From: Dehalococcoidia bacterium
GTDB taxonomy: Bacteria > Chloroflexota > Dehalococcoidia > Lucifugimonadales > UBA3495
Reading direction: 5' to 3'
DNA: 64,000 nt
NCBI GenBank assembly: GCA_965203835.1
Contig: OZ241919.1
Location: forward strand, 852,188-916,187
Position numbers and translations under genes: made by a program. The notes beneath the pieces were generated by a model. That model was not told the origin of the DNA, did no database searches, and worked only from the letters and a program-made list of their open reading frames with translations. This document shows positions 8,789 through 18,236 of this stretch, piece by piece. The first letter of the stretch is position 1, and each line of letters begins with the position of its first letter.

Positions 8789-11700
8789 TTAAGCCGGCTC
8801 AAACACCAACTCCGGGACCACCACTTCCCAAGAATCGCATTGGAGACCCTCTCTGAATTGGGGTTCGGACCGCTCACGGTCCCAAGTGGCAATGGCCCAG
8901 ACAGTCGCAAACGTCGGCCGCATACCCGCAGGAGGCTCAAACCCGGCAGCAAGCTGTCCAACGACCATCCCATTGCTGTCTACCAACTCCCAGCGATTGG
9001 TTCTTACTCGCACGTGAAGCGGGTCGCCAGGCCAGAGAGCGGCAATAGCCCGATGTATTGGATGATTGGGGCCATGATAGCCCGCGAAACTCAGAAACAC
9101 GTCACGCAGGCTCAGCCTTCGATACCGGCGTTGGAGTTCTGCCCTCGCCAGGGGAAGGTAGGCTGGTGTCTCGCGTTGCAGGACTGCTGGTATATCCCGT
9201 AAAGCATCCTGCAGGTGATGTGACCTTGGGAAACAGGCCAGCGTAAGGGTGTGGCGCGCACGGGTCATGGCCACGTAGTAAAGCCGGCGCGGCGCATCCG
9301 CATCTTCTCCGCGGTTGACCCGGTCCCATCCTCCGTCCAGCACAACTACGTGGTCGAACTCCAACCCTTTGGCGCGGTGGGCGGTCAATAACAGAAGACC
9401 TCGCTGGCGGCGTCTCACCTCCCGGCTCCACTCAGCCAGCCATTCGATGATATGGTCCACTGGTGTTTCCACGCCACCGGTCTCCAGGGTATATTCAGCT
9501 ACAGCCTCTTCGAGCAACTCAATCCAGCGACCGTCCGGTTGATTGGCTAACCAACCGCCCATTTCTTTACCGCTGACCAGTCCATAATCACGCTCACGCA
9601 GCCACTTTACCAGTCCTCTAGTCTCCCTCAAATGCCAAACTCCCGAGAATTCCTCGTTGGCCATTTGCACCGGTATGCCCTCAAGTTCGCATAGGCTGCG
9701 TACCGGGTCCAGATAGCTCCATTCCCGTGCTATTACCGCACAGGTGGACCAACTCCAGTCGGGCGCGACCATTGCCAACTTTTTCAATTCCGCAACTACC
9801 GCTTGGGCTTGAGAAACTGGAGTCGTATCAACCGGCAGTACCTGGACCCTGCCCTGTGCGACCGGATCATATAGCGTCCAAGCGCCGCCGGGAGGGTCGC
9901 TTCTGCGCCTCCGGTCAACTTCAATGGGATGCCCAGCTTTCATGCGCTGCCTGGCCGGTTCGATGACCGCATTGGCGGCCGTGATGATATGGCCGGTGGA
10001 GCGGTAGTTGCCGGTCAGGAAGGCGGGCCTGGCGCTGTAGTCCGTCTCAAAACGGCGTATAAACTCTACCGACGAGCCATTGAACGCGTAGATATTCTGG
10101 TCGTCGTCCCCTACTGCTAGAAGGCTTATCTTGTCGTCCTCGTCCGACAGGGTCCTCCCCGCCAGAGCCGAAATAAGTTCATACTGCTCCGGGCCCACAT
10201 CCTGGTACTCGTCCACCAGAATCCAGCGGAATCCCCGCAATAGCCGTGCCCTTTGTTCATCCGCCTCTTCGGGCAGCAACCCTTCTCCGCGAAGCATGGC
10301 GGCCGCCTCCCTGATGACTTCATGGAACGTCTCTTCCGTCAGGCGCTCCGCCCTCCCGGAGAAACTGGCGCCCACCCAGCCTCATTGCAAGGGCGTGGCA
10401 GGTAAGCACGATGACTCCCCGGGCATCATCGCCAATCAGTTCTGCTAAACGGCGGCGTATTTCCACTGCCGCATGGCGGTTATACGCCAACGCCAGGATT
10501 CCCCGAGGGTTCTCCCGCTTGGCTCGTATCAGATAGGCAATGCGGTGTACCAGGACCTGGTCTTGCCGGACCCGGGACCTGCCAGCACCAGTACGTTGGT
10601 CTGTTCGCGGTCGTCAGCCACAATTCGCCTCTGGACGGGATTATTCAGGCTTTCTACAATGGCCTGCCAGGACTCCGGGGTGGTCTGGCGCGCCATCTCC
10701 GTCTCTCGGTCCGGGAGCCAGCGGCGAAGAAAATCCGCTCGGCGCAGGCTGAAGTAGTCCACCACCAAGCGCAGGGCTTCCGCCATTACACTCAAGCCGC
10801 GCTCGACGTATTCCGCCATCACGTGTATCTGCGCAACCTGTTCGTCGTAATGGAGCTTGAGGGGCGCGAAGTCGGATTGGGAAAATCCTCGCCGTTCCGG
10901 CCTCAAGCGAATCGTCATGGCGGGCCGAAATACCGTCAGACCTTTGTTCAACCTGATGACTTCCTGCTCGTGCAGCCACAGCAATGCGTAGTCCAACAGC
11001 CTGCTGGGGTGCCTTACCTGGCTCCGCAGGGTCATGTCAGAGTTTATCGCCGCCAGCAGCTTGCTTATGGTGGTTTCGGCCAGAAGGTCCGTGCCCCGGT
11101 TTCCACCCGGCGGCAGGCAAGCGATCAGGTGGTCCAGCAGACGCCCGGCGGCAGCGCGCCGTAGTTCCGCAGTCCTCACCAATGCCCGCCATTCCCGTTG
11201 CAATGTTATCTGCATCGTCTCGGAATCGGACCCGCGTATCCCAAGGCTTCCGCCACCGCCCCCTTCACCGCGCCCGTCAGAGGCTATGCTGCGCACTATT
11301 CTTGTGAGACGCTCCGGCAGGGCATAGGCATGCCCCTCGTCTTTGAGGCGTTGAGTGGCGACACGAACGTGCAACATGGAACTGTCACCGACACCCATGT
11401 CCGGGGCGTTCAGTCGCAGCAGGTCGATCAGTCCTTCCTCCAGCGCCGCCGCTTGTTCGAAACGCGCCCTGGAGGACCGCTCCACTCCGGCGTGTACGAA
11501 GGCAGTCAACGCGGTGTCGTTGCTGGCGATTCCCAAGTGTTCCAAATCATATAGCGCGTTCCGCACGCCCTCGGGCGTCAAGCCAGACTCAGCCATCAGC
11601 TCGTCGGTCGAAATACCCTCGTCAGGGTCGGCCTCTATTAACGCCTCCGTGATCTTCAGCAACTGGTTTCGGTAATGGGGAGTGATTTGCGCTTTCCCGA

Positions 11701-13904
11701 TCCTCGTTTGGGCATCCGCCACGGAACTCACCCGCAAAGATGAGGGAAAGACCTGCACCCGGTTTTCTTCCCGCGTCAGCAGGACTGCCTCCTCCAACCA
11801 CGACACTGCGGTACGCACCCTGGTATCGTCGGTAGCAGAGTCTCGTTCAAAAGCCTTGTCTTCGTCCTCCAGTAGAATCTCACCTGCGGTGGCGATTACC
11901 TCGCCTTCCAAGCGCTTCTTGCGGTCCATGTTGCGAAGCGCCCCTGAGGACACCGTGGATTTCCTTGCGCGTAAGCCGGGAGCGGGCCGACATACCGAAC
12001 TGTCTTTCAACATCGTCCTGGGTGTAAAGCAACACACAGCGCGCCTTCTCCTGGTCCCGCCCGGCGCGTCCCGCTTCTTGCAGATAGTTCTCCAAGGAGC
12101 CGGGAACGTCGGCATGGACTACCAACCGCACGTCCGGTTTGTCGATGCCCATCCCGAAGGCGTTGGTAGCGACGATGACCCGCAGGTCGCCGCGGATGAA
12201 GCTTTCCTGTACATTCTTCTTGGTCTCATTCGGCAGCGTTCCGTGGAAGTAGTCCGCCTTTACCCCCTTGGCTTGCAGGAACGCCGCGACCTCTTCGGTG
12301 TGCCGTCGAGTACGACAATAGACAATGGCCCCACCTGGCTCGTCCTCCGGCAGGTCGGCGGCCAGTATCTGGTGGATATGGGCGAACTTTTCCCCGCCGC
12401 TGGTTTGCACCACGACAAATTCCAGGTTGGTCCGCTGCGCACCTCCATCGAATATCTTCAACTGGATTCCGAGTTCTTGCCGGAAGTAGTCCACAATGTC
12501 GGCTTGCACGTCGAGCTTCGCCGTGGCGGTCAGGCACAAGACCGGCGGTGGCGGCTCATCTCCTGCCTTTTCGCGAATGAAACGGCCCACGTAGCGGTAA
12601 TCGGGACGGAAATCATGGCCCCATCTGGAAAGGCAATGGGCCTCATCCAGCACCCAAGCACCAATTTCACGCTGTTCCAGTGCCCTGCGCAACGACACGC
12701 TTCGAAGTTGCTCCGGCGACACGAGTAGGATGCCGGCATCCCCCAGTCTCACGCGGTCCAGCGCATCGACCCGCTCCGGCATGGAGAGAAGCCCGTTGAC
12801 CGTAACGCAAGAGAAGTTGCCCCGCGCTTCAATCCCTGCCACTTGGTCGGCCATCAAGGCCACCAGTGGGGAGATTACCACCGTTAAAGCGCCAGTCTTG
12901 TCGTAACGGGACAGGGCCGGTACTTGGTAACAGACCGACTTGCCGACTCCTGTGGGCAGAATTCCCAGCACATGCTCCCCAGCAAGCGCCGCCTCCGTGA
13001 TTGACTGTTGCATAGGACGTCCAGATTCATCTACCGGCTCCGGACGGAAACCCGTGAAGCTAAACCAACGAGTAAGTTCCCTGCAAGCGTCATGATGTTC
13101 CCGGCACCAACTACATGCAGGGTCAGAACAGGCGTTGTCACGCAACCGACGGACCACCCGCCCTGCTTCTGGAAACTGGTGCCGCACCCACGGGGGCATG
13201 ACAGAGTTCCCGCCGGCTACCGATAGCCACGCCAACGCGTATGCCAGCGGCCAGCCGTAACGAGATATGCCAGCAAGGACTTCCGAGGCTTGCGTCTGGC
13301 AGGAGACGCCCGATAGTCTTGCCTGAATTGCGTCAAGGGTTTCGGCCTCACTTGGCTTTGGCGATCCCCGAATGGTCGAAAAAAACCTGTCGAACCCCTC
13401 GCCGCCGTTGCCCGATGTCAGCCCATGCCAAGCAGTAAGCAGATCAGGAGCAGTGCATCGAAGCGCCTTATGTTGGTCTGTGAAGACTTCGAGGGTAAGT
13501 CTCGCATCCAGCTCCGGGTCGTTGATCCTCCCCCGTCTTAGTTGCCCGTCCTGGTAATGCTTCACCAAGTGATGGTAAGGGTTGCGTGGAAAGGCAAGAG
13601 GATTGAGCCGGAGAGTGTCCACTGCGGGAAGCTGCAATAGCTGCAACCCGGGACTGGCGGCCTGAAGGTAAGGCAAATCGAAATCGATCAGGTTATGTCC
13701 CAGCAGAAAGTCTGAGCCATCAGCCAGTTCATCCAACCTTGTCAACGCTCCGGCAAGGCGGCTTGCCGACCCCGAAAAAGTCAAACAATGACCGGTATCC
13801 GACCGTATTCCGGCAAATTTGTGGATTCGACCGTCCCTAGCGCCGACTTCCAAGTCTACTGAGAGGCACCGGGCCAAAAGCGGGTTGATTTCGTCAAGCA
13901 TCAC
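8789..13904 (-). pseudogene. DEDD exonuclease - RecQ helicase - linker - UvrD/Rep helicase fusion (about 1700 aa if repaired), disrupted by three indels
   Basis: ORF 11880..13904 has exonuclease motifs (SVDLEV, GHNLIDFDLPYL) and RecQ motifs (LPTGVGKSVCYQ, VLDEAHCLSRWGHDFRPDY, TATA). ORF 10529..12115 continues it in another frame and ends at the UvrD Walker A (AGPGSGKTR). The 10378-10556 segment encodes UvrD motif Ia (LAYNRHAAVEIRRRL) in a third frame. ORF 8789..10375 holds the remaining UvrD motifs (ILVDEYQD, VGDDDQNIYAF, YRS, YVAMTRA). Confidence 0.75.
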
Positions 13905-14080
13905 CGAATGCTCTCCGTGCTCGGCCTGGATTCACAATCCGCCTTGATTCTTCCGCCCCTCCCATTACATTTTACCGTTGCATTCACGCGGACCTTAAGC
14001 GCGAGTCTTGCTTGTTGTGGACAATTTGCCGGACTCAGTCCCGCCCTCCCAGAGGCACTGGACAAATGTCCCAACAAAAA

Positions 14081-14109
14081 AGCCCCCGGCAGCAACGTCG
14101 CCGGGGGCT
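14081..14109 (-). terminator. GC-rich hairpin terminator for the LLM gene, near-identical to the 8757 hairpin
   Basis: 10-bp stem agcccccggc/gccgggggct with a 9-nt loop. On the minus strand it is followed by a T6 run. Confidence 0.65.
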
Positions 14110-14138
14110 CTCTCGTTAACCACTGGTCTGCTGCGAAC

Positions 14139-15389
14139 CTACGGCGCCAAGCCCGCCGTGCCCGTCGTGGGCCGGTCGGCGCGGGGACGGTTGTCGTATG
14201 GTTGCAGTTGGACTTCGTGCAGCGCTGGGATGACTTCCTGGCCCAGCAACTGGATCGAGCGCATCACGTCCTCGTGCTTCATGGCGCCCTCGTTGCCGTA
14301 GATGTGGATGTACCCCGGGCTGAGCCGTTCGATCACCTCGGTCAGCTTCTGGGTAACCGTGTCGGGGCTGCCGACGATGATGTTATTGACGCCGCGAAGC
14401 TGGTCGTAGGTGAGGCCCACACCCAAGCCTCCCGCCCCGGCGACGTTGCCGGTGGGACGCTGCGCCTTGATCTCTACTGACGCCCGGGACTGGTAGCCCG
14501 GCGGGTCGTTGTGCTCCATCGGCCCGCGCTGGCGGTGTTCGATGGTCCACATGAATTCCCGGCCCAGTTCGATGGCTTTCTCATCGGTGTCGGCGACCAA
14601 GCACCGCAGCAGGTAGCCGAAGTGTTCCGGCCCTGCCTGCCAGCCCTCCTCTTCGGCGGTGTCAATGTACACCTGCTTCAGCCACTCAGTCGTGTCCACC
14701 AGGGCCCCAAGGTTCATGTACGGGTGCTTGTGCTTGGCGGCCCACACCACGCTTTCGGGGCTGCCGGTGCCGGGGAACCAGATGTCCGGCCGGGGCTTCT
14801 GCATCGGCACCACCCAAGGGTTCACCACCCGGTACTGGTAGTGCTTCCCTTCGTAACGGAAGGGGCCCGGCTCGGTCCAGCACTTGATAATCAGGTCGTG
14901 GGCTTCCTCGAATCGTTCCCGGTTTTCCGGGGGAGCGATACCGCCTTGAAGGGTCTCCACCGCAGTGCCGCGGACGAAGCCGGAGATGATCCGGCCGCCG
15001 GAGTAGCAGTCCAGCATGGCGATCTCTTCAGCCATGCGGATGGGGTCGTTGATGGCGATAACGTTGCCCAGGATGGCAATCTTGGCACGCTTGGTCAGCT
15101 TGGCGATAACGGCGGCGTCGAGGTTGACCGAAGGCTTCATGCACCAGTAGGAAGCGTGGTGCTCGTTGGTCATAATGCCGTCGAACCCCACTTCGTCGGC
15201 CAGAGCGTACTGCTCGTGGTACTCGTTGTACAGTACGCTTGCCTTCTGGGGATCGAAGTAAGTGTTGGGGAATCCGAGACGCCCCGACTCGAATTGTTCC
15301 AAGTCTGCGCTGGTGACATGGCCGTAGGGTTGCTCGGAGAACCAGTAGATTTCCGCTTTGTCCTTGGGCCTGGCCAGTTGCTCTACCAT
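14139..15389 (-). CDS. LLM-class (luciferase-like) flavin-dependent oxidoreductase
   Basis: AAGGAGG RBS before MVEQ. Sequence ADEVGFDGIMTNEHH...AMLDCYSGGRIISGFVRG is typical of the family. Confidence 0.8.
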   Translation of the reverse strand: MVEQLARPKDKAEIYWFSEQPYGHVTSADLEQFESGRLGFPNTYFDPQKASVLYNEYHEQYALADEVGFDGIMTNEHHASYWCMKPSVNLDAAVIAKLTKRAKIAILGNVIAINDPIRMAEEIAMLDCYSGGRIISGFVRGTAVETLQGGIAPPENRERFEEAHDLIIKCWTEPGPFRYEGKHYQYRVVNPWVVPMQKPRPDIWFPGTGSPESVVWAAKHKHPYMNLGALVDTTEWLKQVYIDTAEEEGWQAGPEHFGYLLRCLVADTDEKAIELGREFMWTIEHRQRGPMEHNDPPGYQSRASVEIKAQRPTGNVAGAGGLGVGLTYDQLRGVNNIIVGSPDTVTQKLTEVIERLSPGYIHIYGNEGAMKHEDVMRSIQLLGQEVIPALHEVQLQPYDNRPRADRPTTGTAGLAP

Positions 15390-15659
15390 AGACCGCTCCT
15401 CCTTACTGTAATGCCGGTGCAATCGGAAAAGCTCATGGCCGGCGGCGCGAAAATACGCCGGACCCCTGCGCCAAACCAACACCGGATTTCGGTGTTCCGC
15501 CGCAATTGCGACCTTGGATTACGTTCAACCGCATTATAGGTTACACCCCGTTCCGCTTCAACACTGGATTCTGTAGTGGTATCACCAGCTATGGGCCAAA
15601 AAGAGAATACCCCGGACTGGTGGGTCCGAGGCAATTTAGCGCCGGCGACAGTTAGTGGG

Positions 15660-16046
15660 CTACAGTCCGATCATCCGCTCTACTGTCTCAATGTAATCGG
15701 ACACGCGGTGAATGTTTCGCTCGATAACCCGGGGGTTGTCAAGAAAGCCTTTATAAAAACAGTCTCCGTGGAGGCGGTCCCGGGTTGCCCGGTAGCGGTC
15801 GGCTAAATCGGCGATCCCGGCATCGTCCTGGCCCAAGCGGTCTATTTCACGGGTGGTGACCGATGTATATTCAGGCTCCACTCCAGTCCAAAAGAGGATC
15901 AAAGCATCGGTAGCTCGCTTGGTGGCGCACCAAGCCTTTTCCGCCGCGTCCCGCAAGTCCTGATCGTCAATCTGCGCCACCGCGGAACGATAAAGCGACT
16001 TGGCGTCGTTGATGAGGCTAAGAATCGAGTCCGTTTCAGTGGTCAA
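15660..16046 (-). CDS. PaREP1/HEPN-like small helical protein (paralog 1 of 3)
   Basis: Shares DLRDAAEKAWCATKRATDAL...LHGDCFY...V.DYI with ORFs 21270..21653 and 41366..41758. The family assignment is from memory of PaREP1-type sequences. Confidence 0.55.
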   Translation of the reverse strand: MTTETDSILSLINDAKSLYRSAVAQIDDQDLRDAAEKAWCATKRATDALILFWTGVEPEYTSVTTREIDRLGQDDAGIADLADRYRATRDRLHGDCFYKGFLDNPRVIERNIHRVSDYIETVERMIGL

Positions 16047-16159
16047 TATGTTGTCCTCAAGGCTGGTCTACGGCCATATGGTACCAACCGGAACAGCGCC
16101 ATTCAACAGCAGCGCAGTTTGGAGGTCGGGCCCGTGCAAAGTCTTTACCGGCGGCAAAT

Positions 16160-16246
16160 GTCTGAATCAGGATTATCAAGATTAAAGGATTTTCAGGATA
16201 TTCCCAATCCTGAAAATCCCGGAATCCAGTAAATCCTGATTCAGAC
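16160..16246. repeat. nested perfect palindrome (15-bp outer and 13-bp inner inverted repeats), AT-rich
   Basis: gtctgaatcaggatt (16160-16174) pairs with aatcctgattcagac (16232-16246). Inside it, ggattttcaggat (16187-16199) pairs with atcctgaaaatcc (16207-16219). Confidence 0.85.
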
Positions 16247-16351
16247 AATTACTTTGCACAGGCCCTGCCCGGAGTATGGGGGCGGTTTGGTGCTGGCCGT
16301 TCCCCGGCATATAATGTCTGCCAGTGCTATCCCGTTCCGCGAGGCTTCGCC

Positions 16352-17128
16352 ATGACTACCAAACCACCGTCCGGCAAGCTCAGGGCAGACTTCCGCCCGT
16401 CGCCCGACGCCGAGCCGGACAATACCTTCCCGGAATTGCCCCCCAGGGACGACATGCAAAACCCTATTTTTCTCTACGATCCCGGTCATCCGGCGGCCCT
16501 GCGCCGCCACTTGGGTTCCCCGGACACCACCATCGTCCTGGGCGAAATCCCCTTGGGCTGGCGGCACAACCAAGGGGAGGGCCTGCTGAAGCCCGACCTG
16601 CTCATCGCCCTCGATATAGACCGGGGCGCCATCATCGCCCAGGAAGGCTACTCCATCGACGAACGGGGCAAACCGCCCGACTTCGTGCTGGAAGTCGCCT
16701 CCAAGACCACCAGTCAAAACGACTACACCAGAAAGCGAGGGGGCTACGCCAGCTACGGCGTGCCGGAATACTGGCGATTCGACCCTACCGGCGGGGAGTA
16801 CTACCCGGCCGGGCTGGCTGGCGACCGGTTGGTTGACGGCTCCTATACTCCTATCGCTGTAAGCGAGGTGAGCCACGCCCGCTACTGGGGTTACAGCGCA
16901 GTCTTGGGCCTGTACCTGTCATGGGAGTACGGTCATCTCCGATGGTATGACCCGGCAGCCCAACGCTACCTTCGTACACACGACGAGGAAGCCGACGAGC
17001 GTATCGCCGCCGAGGCCCAGCGTGATGCAGCCGAGGCCCAGCGTGATGCAGCCGAGGCCCAGCGTGATGCAGCCGAGGCCCGCGCCCGGGAACTGGAAGC
17101 CCAACTGCGGCGACTGAGAGACCGGTAG
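16352..17128 (+). CDS. Uma2-family (DUF820) putative endonuclease with a C-terminal coiled-coil repeat
   Basis: Core motifs KPDLLIAL...PPDFVLEVAS...Y...GVPEYWRFDP, and the C-terminal tail (AEAQRDA)x3...LRRLRDR. Confidence 0.75.
   Translation: MTTKPPSGKLRADFRPSPDAEPDNTFPELPPRDDMQNPIFLYDPGHPAALRRHLGSPDTTIVLGEIPLGWRHNQGEGLLKPDLLIALDIDRGAIIAQEGYSIDERGKPPDFVLEVASKTTSQNDYTRKRGGYASYGVPEYWRFDPTGGEYYPAGLAGDRLVDGSYTPIAVSEVSHARYWGYSAVLGLYLSWEYGHLRWYDPAAQRYLRTHDEEADERIAAEAQRDAAEAQRDAAEAQRDAAEARARELEAQLRRLRDR
17009..17081 (+). repeat. perfect 21-bp tandem repeat, about 3.5 copies, in frame inside the Uma2 gene
   Basis: The unit gccgaggcccagcgtgatgca occurs at 17009, 17030 and 17051, with a partial fourth copy. 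Confidence 0.9.
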
Positions 17129-17266
17129 CCGGTGTTCTATTGCACCGTCCGTTAACACCTCTTTGCCGCCGGCTTGAATCATCTCAGGACAGACACAGGC
17201 CATTGTGCAATTTAACCTCCCTTGACCCAATGACACCCTTCCAAGGAAGGATAGAAGGAGGCCCTC

Positions 17267-18214
17267 ATGCCAGCGGAAATACCGTCTGAAGCCCAGGTCC
17301 TTGAGTGGTTCGAAAGCCTCAGCAACTGGGGCCGCTGGGGAGACGACGACCAGAAGGGCTGCTTGAACCTGATTACGCCAGCCAAGCGAAAGCAGGCGGC
17401 GGCCTTGGTGCAGGACGGTGTTTCGGTGAGTTGCGCCCGGCCCATCCTCACCGAAACGGCCCCCGACATCACGCACCAAGTGCAACGGTTCATGGTGGAC
17501 AGCGGCGAGGGCCGGGACACCGACCCGCCGGAACGCCGCTTCACCCGTCGGGGCGCCGCCGAGTACATCGGCATGGTGTTTCACGGGCAGACCATCACCC
17601 ACATCGACGCTCCATCTCACTACTCCTGGAATGGAAGGCTGTACAACGGCAAGCCCGCCAACCTGATAACCTCCCGCGAAGGCGCCCAGACCCACTCCAT
17701 CGAGGTGGCATTTGAGGGCATCGTTACGAGGGGAGTCCTGCTGGACATTCCAACCCTGCGGGGCGTCGACTGGGTCCCGCCCAACGAGCCGGTGATGCCG
17801 GACGACCTGGAGGCCGCCGAAAGGGCCCACGGCGTCCGCGTGGAGGAGGGGGACCTGCTGCTGGTGCGGACCGGCAACTACCGCAAGAGGCTGGACACCG
17901 GCCCCGTCGGCAGCTACGACCCTGCCACGGCCTGCCAGGTCGCCTGCGCTCCGTGGTTCAAGGAACGCGGGGTAGCGATGCTGGGCACCGATACTCCCAA
18001 CGACGTCCGCCCCAGCCACTACGCCACCATCGGCTCACCTCTGCATACCATGTGCTTGGTCACGCTGGGGCTGTGGTTCATCGACAACGCCAACCTGGAG
18101 GAGTTGAGCGTCGCCTGCCGGGAGCGCAACCGCTACGAGTTCATGATAACTCTGGGGCCGCTGCGGTTGAGGAACGTCACCGGCTCCCCGGTAAACCCCA
18201 TAGCCCTCTTCTAG
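17267..18214 (+). CDS. cyclase-family protein (kynurenine formamidase-like fold)
   Basis: GAAGGAGG RBS. Sequence NWGRWGDDDQKGCLNLIT...THIDAPSH...GTD is typical of putative cyclases. Confidence 0.7.
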   Translation: MPAEIPSEAQVLEWFESLSNWGRWGDDDQKGCLNLITPAKRKQAAALVQDGVSVSCARPILTETAPDITHQVQRFMVDSGEGRDTDPPERRFTRRGAAEYIGMVFHGQTITHIDAPSHYSWNGRLYNGKPANLITSREGAQTHSIEVAFEGIVTRGVLLDIPTLRGVDWVPPNEPVMPDDLEAAERAHGVRVEEGDLLLVRTGNYRKRLDTGPVGSYDPATACQVACAPWFKERGVAMLGTDTPNDVRPSHYATIGSPLHTMCLVTLGLWFIDNANLEELSVACRERNRYEFMITLGPLRLRNVTGSPVNPIALF

Positions 18215-18236
18215 CGGGCGGGGTGCCGTTCGCCCG

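Noticed and set aside
10375-12000. Programmed ribosomal frameshifting as an explanation for the three frame changes in the exonuclease-RecQ-UvrD gene.
   Set aside because: Three separate shifts of different sign lie inside conserved helicase motifs, with no slippery heptamer or downstream structure. That does not fit programmed recoding. Decay or homopolymer sequencing error is more parsimonious.
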